This document shows, piece after piece, positions 22,001 through 31,476 of a DNA stretch of 64,000 nucleotides. The position numbers were made by a program, and so were the translations under genes. A model generated the notes under the pieces. The model was not told the origin of the DNA. It made no database searches and was given only the letters and a program-made list of their open reading frames with translations. Numbering within the stretch: position 1 is the stretch's first letter; each line of letters begins with the position of its first letter. The stretch lies in assembly GCA_964626665.1 (NCBI GenBank), contig CAZVGK010000009.1:1-64000 (forward strand). Direction: 5' to 3'. This DNA is from an uncultured Gemmatimonadota bacterium (GTDB taxonomy: Bacteria > SM23-81 > DAOVCL01).

Positions 22001-25000
22001 ATGAAGAGCTGGAGGATTCTGAGGACGATTTTGGGTCTTGTTTTCCTCTTCCCTTCCCTCCTGTGGGGGGCAAATCTGAGTCTAAAGATAGATTTTGCTT
22101 CTCCCCAGGTGAAGGAGGAAGGGGGATTCCACTTACTTTCCGTGGAGGGTTGTAGGAGCGTTGCCTTTAAGCCCGGCGATCCCATTATCCCGGTGAGAGC
22201 GGTCAAGCTCCTCCTTCCCTGTGGGGAGATGATTCGGGAGATAGAGGTAAAAGCGGGGGAAGAGGTTATCATTCCTGGGTTTTATAAATTAAAACCTGGA
22301 GACTTGAAAGTTCCCATTGGCTCGGCCGAACCATTTCCTGCCATCTCCCCCAATCCGGTCATATATGGGTCTGATGAACCTTACCCAGGGAGAAGAGATA
22401 AGCTGATTGCCATCCAGAGTCTATATGGCTTCAAGATAGCGGTCTTGAACCTCTTCCCGGTGAAATATCTCCCTGCTTCAGGGAGACTTTCCTACTTTCC
22501 CAAGATAGAGATAGAAATATACACCGAACCATCATCTCAGTTTCTCTCCTCTACGGCCAGGATGATGTGCACCGATCCCTTTGCCCTGAGGAGGGTAAAA
22601 ACTCTGGTGGAGAATCCGGAGCTTATCGGGAGTTATTCAGGGTTGAAAGTAAGCCGTTTAGATGAGGGGGAGTCCTATCCCTACTTGATCTTGACCAATA
22701 GTTCCTTAGCACCATACTTTGAGCCTTTGGCCCTCTTCAAGACTCAGAGGGGGATAAGGGCAAAGGTGGTTACCTTAGACCAGGTCTCTGGTTATCCAGG
22801 AGATGATCTGCAAGAGAAGATCCGTAACTTCGTCATCGATGCCTATACAAATTGGGGGACCGTATATCTGCTTTTAGGTGGGGATGATGAGATCGTTCCC
22901 CATCGAGGTTTGTATGACATAGTGAATGAGGATTATCCAGGATATGAAGAAGTTGATTATGATATTCCCGCTGACATCTATTATGGGGGATTAGATGGCA
23001 ATTGGAATACGGATGGGGATGATAGGTGGGGGGAACCGGGGGAAGACGACCTCTTTGCTGAGGTGATAGTAGGTCGGGCGGCAGTAGATTCTCCCACAGA
23101 GGCGGAGAATTTTGTGCAGAAGGTAATCTCCTATCAGAATGCTCCTGTGGTGGTAGATTGCAATCAGGCCTTGATGGTGGGGGAGGATTTAGGGTGGACG
23201 GTCTGGGGGAAGGACTACAAGGAGGAGATCAGGCAGGGGTCCAGCAATTGGGGCTATACCACAGCGGGTTTTCCTCCTGAGTGTAATGTTAGTACCCTCT
23301 ATGACAAGGACGGGTCCTGGACAGCAATGGGTGACCTTCTGCCCCTGTTGAACGGTGGGTTAAATCTGATAAATCATCTGGGGCATGCCAATGTCCTTGA
23401 GGTAATGAAATTTGATGATACTGATATCACCGATGTTAACTGCACAAACAATGGCATAAATCACGGTTTCTACATAATTTATACCCAGGGCTGTTACTGT
23501 AATTCATTTGATAATCGCACTACTTCACCAGGGGTCTATACCAGTGATGCCATTTCGGAGAAGTTTACTACCACCCAAAATGGAGCAGTGGCCTTCATTG
23601 GCAATACCAGATATGGTTGGGGCTCAGGATCAAATACGAACGGCCCCTCTCAGTATTATGATCGCCAATTCTTCGATGCCCTCTTTGGTGAAGGTATCTA
23701 CGAGATAGGGCTTGCTAATCAGGATTCCAAGGAGGACAACAGCGGGTTCATTGACCAAGATGCCCTTAGATGGTGCTATTACGAGGTCAATCTCTTAGGT
23801 GACCCTCAGATGGAGTTATGGACGGCACAGCCTGGTAGCCTTTCGGTTGAGCTCCCATCGTTCCATCCTTTAGGGAGCCCCCAAATCTCGGTCGATGTTC
23901 AAGAGGATAGCGCTCTGGTCTCTATTTCCCGGAATGGCGAACTCTATGGGACAGCCTATTCCTGGCAAGGAGAGGCTGAGGTGAACCTGAATCCCGTGCC
24001 CTCTGATGTAGGAACCTTAGAGGTGGTGGTAACCAGGCACAACTATCTACCCTATTGGGGAGAGGTAGAGGTTCTCCCTGTAGCTAATGTAAGCATTGAG
24101 CCGGAAACCCTCCAGGTAAATGTCCTCACTCAGGTGATGGTCACTGTCTTAGATACAAACGACCTTCCGATGGAGAATGTTGAAGTGATGATCGATGGTT
24201 GGGGACTCAATCCCGCTTGGGTTGACACCACCGATGCCAGTGGGGTGGTTACAGCAGAGTTGAAGCCGGCTTATGGTGAGATACTGGATGTACAGGGGCG
24301 GAAGTTAGAGGAAAGCTATAGACTTTTCTGCGATTCCCTATATGTAATCGGCGCGGAGAGTCTCTCTGGGGTTAGTGTTTGGGCGGAGTGCGATTCCCTG
24401 GGACTTGTGGATAGCTTAGCCCCGTTCTATGAGGGGAAAATCTTTGGAAGTTGTGACCTATATGGATTTGACCTCTTACTCAAGGGGTGTGGTTTGGATA
24501 CATCCATCACAACCCAAGACACCTTGGTTGAACTCTTAGTGACCCCTACCGAAAGCGGGTTTATTCAAGTGGTTCTGGCCGATACCGGGTATACAGTTTG
24601 GCAGGAGGATGTTCCGGTGATTGATGTCTATGGGACACTCAGTGGCTATGTTAAGGATGGAAGTAGTCAGGAAGGGTTAGAGGGTGTGGAGGTCACTGGA
24701 TATGATTCTGAGGAAGATACCAGCCAGGCTGAACCGAGTTTTCAAGTCGTAAGCAATTCCAGCGGTTTCTATCAGGTCTCTGGAGAGCTTCCCGCCAGGC
24801 CCTATGATATCTATTGCTGGGAATTTGGCTATCTCCCTTATGGTGAGACAAAGATGGTGAAGAAGGGGGCCAACAGTTACGATCTTCTCTTAGCTTCTTC
24901 TCCACCAGCCAAGATTTGGGGATATGTGAAGGATAGGGATGGCGGTTTACCATTGGATGCTACGATAAAACTTTACCGCTATGACACCAAGGAGCTCTAC

Positions 25001-26164
25001 CAACAGGTGGAGACGGATACGACCAATGGTGAGTATGAACTAAATGGTTTGCCTTACTTTACATACAAAATCAAGGTTTATGCCTATAATCACATTCCAC
25101 ATAGCGAGATCCTCCTTGTGACTTCAGAAAATCTCAGACGGGATTTTACGTTGGAAGAGACATCCGGAAATATATTGGTGGTCAACGATGATGATGGGTC
25201 AAAGAAAGGGGACTCCAGATCAAGGACAAGAGTTGATAAAAGCCCACATGGGGCGTCGGCAGATTATATGGCACAGCATTTGGAAGGATTGGGTTACTAT
25301 GTCGTCTCTGAAGAAGCCGCTCAAACTGATCCCCTCAACTGGGACGAATACAGCCTGGTTATCTGGTCTGATGGTAGCGATGTAACCCCGGTTGTTGAGG
25401 AAGGATATCGGCAAGGGCTTATTGATTGGGTTAGCTCTGGTGGGAAGCTATTGATTGAGGGGGGCGAGTTGAGCTATGATGCGGCCTCATATCCTCGTTA
25501 CCCCGACTTTTGCCAAGATGTATTACATATCGATTCCTGGGTGGCGGACAGAAGCGGTGATTTAACCCTGGTTGGGGAGTATTCCTCACATCCACTGGTT
25601 ACCCATCCAAATTCTTTGTCCAACACCATTCAGTTTAACTTCGGAAACTACGGTGATCAAGATGCGAGTCAGGCCAGGCCAGATGCCTATGTAGTCTATG
25701 ACTGTGCAAACGAGGAAGGTAAGGCGGGAGTTCTTGTCTATGAAGATGATTCCCAACAACCACAGATCGTCTTCTATAGCTTTGACCTCCTTGCGGTTGC
25801 CGATAGCATTACCAGAAGCGAGTTGCTGGAAAATACCGTCTTTTATCTTTTGACCGGTGGTGAGGTCTCAGTTCCTCAGCAGGTTATGCGATCTACTCCC
25901 AAAAGATACGAGTTGTCTGCAAATTATCCCAATCCCTTTAACCCAACTACCAGGATAAGGTATACCCTCCCTCGGGAGACGAAAGTGAGGTTGGAGGTGT
26001 TCAACATCCTGGGCCAGAAGGTGACGACCTTAGTTGATCAGTTTCAGGAGCCGGGCTACTATAACATTCTTTGGGATGCTTCTTCATTATCAGGTGGGAT
26101 ATACTTCTCTCGCCTGCAGGCTGAGGAATTCAACCAGACGAGGAAGATGATTCTTTTAAAGTAA
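22001..26164 (+). CDS. C25 family (gingipain-like) cysteine peptidase with propeptide and CTD
   Basis: PGDPIIP propeptide; YLLLGGD; NHLGHAN; YTQGCY; FIGNTRYGW; LLGDP; CTD. Confidence 0.9.
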   Translation: MKSWRILRTILGLVFLFPSLLWGANLSLKIDFASPQVKEEGGFHLLSVEGCRSVAFKPGDPIIPVRAVKLLLPCGEMIREIEVKAGEEVIIPGFYKLKPGDLKVPIGSAEPFPAISPNPVIYGSDEPYPGRRDKLIAIQSLYGFKIAVLNLFPVKYLPASGRLSYFPKIEIEIYTEPSSQFLSSTARMMCTDPFALRRVKTLVENPELIGSYSGLKVSRLDEGESYPYLILTNSSLAPYFEPLALFKTQRGIRAKVVTLDQVSGYPGDDLQEKIRNFVIDAYTNWGTVYLLLGGDDEIVPHRGLYDIVNEDYPGYEEVDYDIPADIYYGGLDGNWNTDGDDRWGEPGEDDLFAEVIVGRAAVDSPTEAENFVQKVISYQNAPVVVDCNQALMVGEDLGWTVWGKDYKEEIRQGSSNWGYTTAGFPPECNVSTLYDKDGSWTAMGDLLPLLNGGLNLINHLGHANVLEVMKFDDTDITDVNCTNNGINHGFYIIYTQGCYCNSFDNRTTSPGVYTSDAISEKFTTTQNGAVAFIGNTRYGWGSGSNTNGPSQYYDRQFFDALFGEGIYEIGLANQDSKEDNSGFIDQDALRWCYYEVNLLGDPQMELWTAQPGSLSVELPSFHPLGSPQISVDVQEDSALVSISRNGELYGTAYSWQGEAEVNLNPVPSDVGTLEVVVTRHNYLPYWGEVEVLPVANVSIEPETLQVNVLTQVMVTVLDTNDLPMENVEVMIDGWGLNPAWVDTTDASGVVTAELKPAYGEILDVQGRKLEESYRLFCDSLYVIGAESLSGVSVWAECDSLGLVDSLAPFYEGKIFGSCDLYGFDLLLKGCGLDTSITTQDTLVELLVTPTESGFIQVVLADTGYTVWQEDVPVIDVYGTLSGYVKDGSSQEGLEGVEVTGYDSEEDTSQAEPSFQVVSNSSGFYQVSGELPARPYDIYCWEFGYLPYGETKMVKKGANSYDLLLASSPPAKIWGYVKDRDGGLPLDATIKLYRYDTKELYQQVETDTTNGEYELNGLPYFTYKIKVYAYNHIPHSEILLVTSENLRRDFTLEETSGNILVVNDDDGSKKGDSRSRTRVDKSPHGASADYMAQHLEGLGYYVVSEEAAQTDPLNWDEYSLVIWSDGSDVTPVVEEGYRQGLIDWVSSGGKLLIEGGELSYDAASYPRYPDFCQDVLHIDSWVADRSGDLTLVGEYSSHPLVTHPNSLSNTIQFNFGNYGDQDASQARPDAYVVYDCANEEGKAGVLVYEDDSQQPQIVFYSFDLLAVADSITRSELLENTVFYLLTGGEVSVPQQVMRSTPKRYELSANYPNPFNPTTRIRYTLPRETKVRLEVFNILGQKVTTLVDQFQEPGYYNILWDASSLSGGIYFSRLQAEEFNQTRKMILLK

Positions 26165-26173
26165 GGAGAGGTG

Positions 26174-28879
26174 ATGGAAAGGGGTTGGATTAAGATATTA
26201 AGCTTCTTAGGTCTATTCTTTCTTTTGGCCATTTTGGGTCGGGAGGGCTTAGCGGCTCAGGAAGTTATCGTCTCCCAAATCAAATTCTCCTCGCCAGAGG
26301 AGCTCTCCCGCTTGGTGGAGATGGGGTTGGATATTGATGCCGTTCATAAAGGCTATCTTATAGCCTATTTGAGCTCCCAGGAGTTTGACCTGGTCAAGAG
26401 TAAAGGGTTTGAGATAGTGGAGATCCCCAACTATGCCAAGCTTATGGCAGACAGCCTCTGGGAGGCCACGAAGGATACCAAGAACCAGATGGCTGCCTAC
26501 CACACCTATGAGGAGTTGACTGCAGAGCTTGATTCGATTGCTACTGGCCACCCTGATATTTGCCATTTAGAGAGTATAGGGCACTCAGTCCAAGGGAGGG
26601 AGCTCTGGTTTATGAAGATCTCGGATAATGTTGACCAGGAGGAGGATGAGCCAGAGTTCAAGTATATCTCCACTATGCATGGGGACGAGCCAGTGGGGAC
26701 GGAGTTGCTGATGTATCTGATCAATTATCTGGTGGATAATTATGGGACGGACTCCTTAGTCACCCACCTGGTAAACAACACGGAGATATGGATAATGCCC
26801 CTGATGAACCCGGATGGGAATGCTCTCCATCAGAGGTATAACGCAAATGGGGTGGATTTAAACAGGAACTTCCCGGATCCGATAACCGATTCAACTAACA
26901 CTCCTGAGGGACGAGAGCTGGAAACTCAAGCCGTGATGAACTTTTGCTTTGGACAGAGTTCCGTCTCCTCGGTCAACTTTCACACTGGTGCTCTGGTGGT
27001 TAACTATCCCTGGGACTGTCAGTATACCTTAACTCCGGACAATGACCTGTTTATTGAGATCTCCTTAGTTTATTCCAGGCGCAATCCTCCGATGTATAAC
27101 AGCTCAGAGTTTGACAGTGGCATCACCAATGGTGCCCAGTGGTATGTCATCCACGGTGGAATGCAGGACTGGAACTACAACTGGTTGGCCTGCAATGAGG
27201 TGACCATAGAGCTTTCCAACACAAAGTGGCCCGACGCTTCTACCTTACCCGGATTTTGGGATGACAACCGGGAGGCAATGCTGGCCTATATGGGGCAGTG
27301 TCATCGGGGGATAAGGGGATTGGTTACAGATGCCATTACTGGCCAGCCATTGGCGGCCACGGTGAGCGTCCCCGAGATTGGTAAGGATGTTTACACCGAT
27401 CCAGATGTAGGGGATTATCATCGGATGCTTCTCCCGGGCATCTATACGGTGCAGTTTTCGGCAGATGGATATGTGCCCCAGACATTCTATAATTTGCAAG
27501 TTGTGGCAGATAGCGCAACCCGTTTAGATGTTCAGCTCTGTCAGCCTTTAGTAGGAACCATCTCCGGAACGGTCACGGATTCGGTTACTGGTCAACCCCT
27601 CTATGCCTCAGTAGAAGTTCTGGATTCCGGCGTAGATCCAGTTTATACTGATTCTTTTACTGGTTACTACTCCGTAAATGTCTATCAGGGGACCTATACG
27701 ATGAGGGTATCATCCGATGGATACAGAACGGTAACCAGGGACAGCGTCGTAGTTACTGAGAGTATAACCGAAAACTTCCAGTTAGTGCCTCTACCGGTTC
27801 ATTACTACACTCAGTCAACTCCACTGCCCATACCCGATAATGATGATTGGGTGCAGAGTTACCTCGATGTGCCAGATAGCATCGAGATCGAGGATATAAA
27901 TGTCTTTCTTAGCGTAACTCACTCCTACTTCCCGGATTTAATTATAGACTTAAAATCCCCTCAGGGAACTTCGGTCAGACTTTGGAAGCAAGGTTATGCT
28001 CAGCCGGGAACCTTATCCGGTTGGTTTGATACAGAGATAGAGCCAATAGACAGTATGAGCAACTTCATAGGGGAGAATACCCAGGGCCAATGGGCCTTGT
28101 GGCTTAAGGACTGTGCAGGTGGTGATGTGGGCACACTTAATCTGTGGAAACTGGAGATCTATGGAACAGGTAGCGTTCAGGAAGACAGTGTAGCTCCAGC
28201 AGCTATCAGTGATTTATCCGTTAGTCACATTGATGATACCTCGGCGACCTTGGTGTGGACAGCCCCAGGTGATGATGGAACATCGGGAACGGCAAACATC
28301 TATGATCTCCGCTATTCCCTCACCCCAGTGGGCACTGATACGGTTGGTTGGTGGAATTCAGCTCAGACCGTTTCCGGAGAACCTTCTCCCTCACTATCTG
28401 GGATGTCCGATTCTTGCGCTATCCATAATCTGCTCCCTGATACCACTTATTACTTCGTAATCAAAACAGCGGATGAAGTACCCAATTGGTCAGGTTTTTC
28501 CAATGTGGCCTCAGCCAGGACAACAAATGTTGGTATTGGTGATTTAATTGGAGTTTCTGGGTTGCCTGACCACTTTGCTTTATTTCAAAACTATCCCAAT
28601 CCATTTAATTCAACTACAGCAATCAGCTATCAGCTATCAGCAATCAACAATCAGTTGTCGGCGGACGGCGAACGGCGGATGGCGATTAGTCTAAAGATTT
28701 ACAACATTCTGGGGGAGTTGGTAAGGACTCTGGTGGATGAAGAACAGATGCCTGGTTGCTACTCCATTGTTTGGGATGGAAGGGATAGCAGGGGTGAGGA
28801 TGTCTCCAGTGGAATATTTTTCTACCAGCTTAAAACTGGGAGATTTGTAGAGACTCAAAAAATGGTTCTTCTCCGGTAA
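26174..28879 (+). CDS. M14 zinc carboxypeptidase with regulatory-like, proprotein-convertase P and FN3 domains and a FlgD-type CTD
   Basis: MHGDEP, NPDG, RYNANGVDLNRNFP, NFHTG, GGMQDWNY, TIELS; P-domain DLIIDLKSPQG...GQWAL. Confidence 0.92.
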   Translation: MERGWIKILSFLGLFFLLAILGREGLAAQEVIVSQIKFSSPEELSRLVEMGLDIDAVHKGYLIAYLSSQEFDLVKSKGFEIVEIPNYAKLMADSLWEATKDTKNQMAAYHTYEELTAELDSIATGHPDICHLESIGHSVQGRELWFMKISDNVDQEEDEPEFKYISTMHGDEPVGTELLMYLINYLVDNYGTDSLVTHLVNNTEIWIMPLMNPDGNALHQRYNANGVDLNRNFPDPITDSTNTPEGRELETQAVMNFCFGQSSVSSVNFHTGALVVNYPWDCQYTLTPDNDLFIEISLVYSRRNPPMYNSSEFDSGITNGAQWYVIHGGMQDWNYNWLACNEVTIELSNTKWPDASTLPGFWDDNREAMLAYMGQCHRGIRGLVTDAITGQPLAATVSVPEIGKDVYTDPDVGDYHRMLLPGIYTVQFSADGYVPQTFYNLQVVADSATRLDVQLCQPLVGTISGTVTDSVTGQPLYASVEVLDSGVDPVYTDSFTGYYSVNVYQGTYTMRVSSDGYRTVTRDSVVVTESITENFQLVPLPVHYYTQSTPLPIPDNDDWVQSYLDVPDSIEIEDINVFLSVTHSYFPDLIIDLKSPQGTSVRLWKQGYAQPGTLSGWFDTEIEPIDSMSNFIGENTQGQWALWLKDCAGGDVGTLNLWKLEIYGTGSVQEDSVAPAAISDLSVSHIDDTSATLVWTAPGDDGTSGTANIYDLRYSLTPVGTDTVGWWNSAQTVSGEPSPSLSGMSDSCAIHNLLPDTTYYFVIKTADEVPNWSGFSNVASARTTNVGIGDLIGVSGLPDHFALFQNYPNPFNSTTAISYQLSAINNQLSADGERRMAISLKIYNILGELVRTLVDEEQMPGCYSIVWDGRDSRGEDVSSGIFFYQLKTGRFVETQKMVLLR

Positions 28880-28928
28880 AAAAGTAGGGAGTAATTGTCC
28901 AGACAAATGGAATTGTGTTATTTTGACA

Positions 28929-28957
28929 TTGACAAACGAGAAAAATAAGTGTATATT
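28929..28957 (+). promoter_or_regulatory. sigma70-type promoter
   Basis: TTGACA-17 nt-TATATT, followed by an AAGGAG RBS. Confidence 0.65.
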
Positions 28958-28978
28958 TAAAAGAAAGGAGTGAGAAAA

Positions 28979-31204
28979 ATGCGTTGGAAAATGTCTTTGC
29001 TAATCCTATCTCTTTTAGTTGGTTCCTCGGTGATGGGAACAGAGTTAGAGGAGATAAGGAAGGCTATAAGGGAGAAGGGGGCGAAATGGGAGGCGGCAGA
29101 TACTTGGATCTCCAAGTTGCCACCGCAGGAAAGGAAAAGGTTTCTTGGAGACAATTTGGCTGATGATTTCTCAAAAGCCCCAGGCAAAGAGATCAGAGGG
29201 ACCAAGACCGTTCCTACTGAATTTGACTGGAGGACCAAGGATGGCCACTTCTGGATGACTCCAGTAAAAGATCAGGAGAATTGCGGTGCCTGCGTTGCCT
29301 TTGGGACAGTAGGAGCTTTGGAGGCAAATATAAAGATCCGAGCCGACAACTTCTGGATTATGCCCGATCTCTCTGAACAGCATCTCTTCTCTTGTGCAGG
29401 AGGTGACTGCGGTTATGGGATGTCCGTCTATGCGGGGATGAATTATCTCCTCAATCATGGAACACCAGATGAGGAGTGTCTTCCCTATACTCAGGTGGAT
29501 GACAATTGCAGTGAAACCTGCTCTGATTGGGAGGAGAGAGCTCGGGGGGTAAATACCTGGGGATGGACGAGCAAGACCATCGCAAGCATAAAGCAGGCTA
29601 TCTATGACTATGGACCGGTAGCCGGCCATTTTGATGTCTACGCCGATTTTTTCTCCTACAATGGTGGCGTATATGAGCATACCTCAGGTGGCTACGAAGG
29701 AGGGCACTGTATCACCATAGTTGGTTGGAGTGACAGCTCCCTATGCTGGATCTGCAAAAATAGTTGGGGACCTGGTTGGGGGGAATACGGCCCCTACCCG
29801 GACAGCACCAAAGGTTGGTTCAGGATTAAGTATGGGGAGTGCGAAATTGAATACAAGAAGGCAGCCTGGATGGTCCCCATTATCAAGGGCCCTGATGGGA
29901 TGGTCCTCCATGATACCTGTTTTGGGTTTGTTTTGCTACCGGATTCATCTACCTCTGATACTTTGACTATCTCGAATGTAGGTGATAGTCTAGACTTTTA
30001 TTTAATTCTTAGTCATTCTCAGAATTGGCTCACCCTGGATGTGATAGCAGACACTTTATCGCCAGCTGAGAGTGTCAAAGTTGGTTTTGACATTGCTACA
30101 ACGGGATTGTCCGGAGGAACCTATTCTGATACTATTGAGGTGGCTGCCAGTGACTCTGAAGGGGTAGTGCTCTATCGGATGTATGTTCCAGTGCACTTAG
30201 AGGTTAGTCCGTTGTTTGTAAGGGGAGATTACGATGATACCGGTGATTTAGCCATGCCAGATGCTCTTAATCTTCTGCTTTGGAAATATCATCAACCCGG
30301 TGGAGTGGCACCTCCCTGTGAGGACGCTGCCGATTACGATGATGATGGAAACATTGCTATGCCTGATGCTTTGGGATTGCTTCTTTACAAATATCATCAG
30401 CCTGGAGGGGTTCCTCCAGCTCCACCCTATCCTGATTGCGGTTTAGATTTTACTGAAGATGGGCTTGAATGTGCTACTTATACCCATTGTCTGAAAGCCG
30501 TTAAATCTATGGTTCTCACTCCAACAAGTGTGAAAAAGGCGATTAACAGAGTCAAGGTCAAGAATTGTTATGGGGCCAAGGATGGCTTGGTAGTTGTTCC
30601 TGTGGAGCTTACTAACAAGGCTGAGCTGAGAGGATTTGAGTTTACGGTCAACTACGATCCTGCTCTTGTTACTGCGATAGAGGTTAGAGGTGGAGATGGA
30701 TATGATTTCTTTGCTCCCTGGATAGATAATGAGGCAGGTAAGGTTACCGTTGGCTGTGTTCCTGATATGAGTATGGAGGAGCCATTTGCGGCTGGTCAGA
30801 GGGGAGTAGCTGAGATTGCCTTTAAGGCCAAGGCTGATGCCGGGTTGAAGCTATCTGATGTGGCCTTGTATGGGTCTAAGGCGGAGGCAGTGGATGCTCG
30901 TTGGGTGAATGGGGTAGTGAAGGCAGGAGCAGGGTTACCTAAGGAGTTTGCCCTCAGCCAGAACTATCCAAATCCCTTCAATCCTGTCACTCAGATCAGG
31001 TATGCTCTACCTATGGACTGCCAGGTGAGGCTAGATATCTACAATGTGGTAGGGCAGAGGGTAGCTATTTTGGTAGATGATCATCAAAAGGCTGGATACA
31101 AGGTAGTTAGCTGGAATGCTCAGGATGTGGCCTCTGGTGTCTATTTCTACAAGCTGACTGCTGGCAATTTCACTTCCATCAGGAAGATGGTCTTACTGAA
31201 ATAA
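28979..31204 (+). CDS. C1A papain-like cysteine peptidase with dockerin-like, cohesin-like and CTD modules
   Basis: FDWR, QENCGAC, LSEQ, GGHCITIVGW, WICKNSWG; FVRGDYDDTGD...CEDAADYDDDG; VVVPVELTN...GFEFTVNYDP. Confidence 0.88.
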   Translation: MRWKMSLLILSLLVGSSVMGTELEEIRKAIREKGAKWEAADTWISKLPPQERKRFLGDNLADDFSKAPGKEIRGTKTVPTEFDWRTKDGHFWMTPVKDQENCGACVAFGTVGALEANIKIRADNFWIMPDLSEQHLFSCAGGDCGYGMSVYAGMNYLLNHGTPDEECLPYTQVDDNCSETCSDWEERARGVNTWGWTSKTIASIKQAIYDYGPVAGHFDVYADFFSYNGGVYEHTSGGYEGGHCITIVGWSDSSLCWICKNSWGPGWGEYGPYPDSTKGWFRIKYGECEIEYKKAAWMVPIIKGPDGMVLHDTCFGFVLLPDSSTSDTLTISNVGDSLDFYLILSHSQNWLTLDVIADTLSPAESVKVGFDIATTGLSGGTYSDTIEVAASDSEGVVLYRMYVPVHLEVSPLFVRGDYDDTGDLAMPDALNLLLWKYHQPGGVAPPCEDAADYDDDGNIAMPDALGLLLYKYHQPGGVPPAPPYPDCGLDFTEDGLECATYTHCLKAVKSMVLTPTSVKKAINRVKVKNCYGAKDGLVVVPVELTNKAELRGFEFTVNYDPALVTAIEVRGGDGYDFFAPWIDNEAGKVTVGCVPDMSMEEPFAAGQRGVAEIAFKAKADAGLKLSDVALYGSKAEAVDARWVNGVVKAGAGLPKEFALSQNYPNPFNPVTQIRYALPMDCQVRLDIYNVVGQRVAILVDDHQKAGYKVVSWNAQDVASGVYFYKLTAGNFTSIRKMVLLK
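30575..30951 (+). repeat. 377-bp cohesin-like module, identical to 36391-36767
   Basis: No differences found by eye. Confidence 0.9.
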
Positions 31205-31476
31205 GGGCGAGCCTACCGAGGAGAAAACACTTTGGGTTCCTCGTCCGTGAGGACGTAGTTACATTTTTGTGGCTTGTTTTCCTGCAAGACCAATTTGATA
31301 AACATCTTCTCAATGCGTGATTTCGGCGAATATAAGATTCAAACATTTGTGAGAGAAAAGCAGGAAGTGAGTCAAAGGTGTCCTCTTTGAATCTGGGGGT
31401 GATGTTTATAGGATAAAGGTGGGGTATTGGTCGAGGAGACAAAGACATTTAGCTTTTATATAAGAGAAGGCAAACA

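Noticed and set aside
31270-31373. Long hairpin (TTCCTGC/GCAGGAA), with a similar one at 44690-44757
   Set aside because: Only short shared words, and no promoter/terminator frame to support an RNA call.
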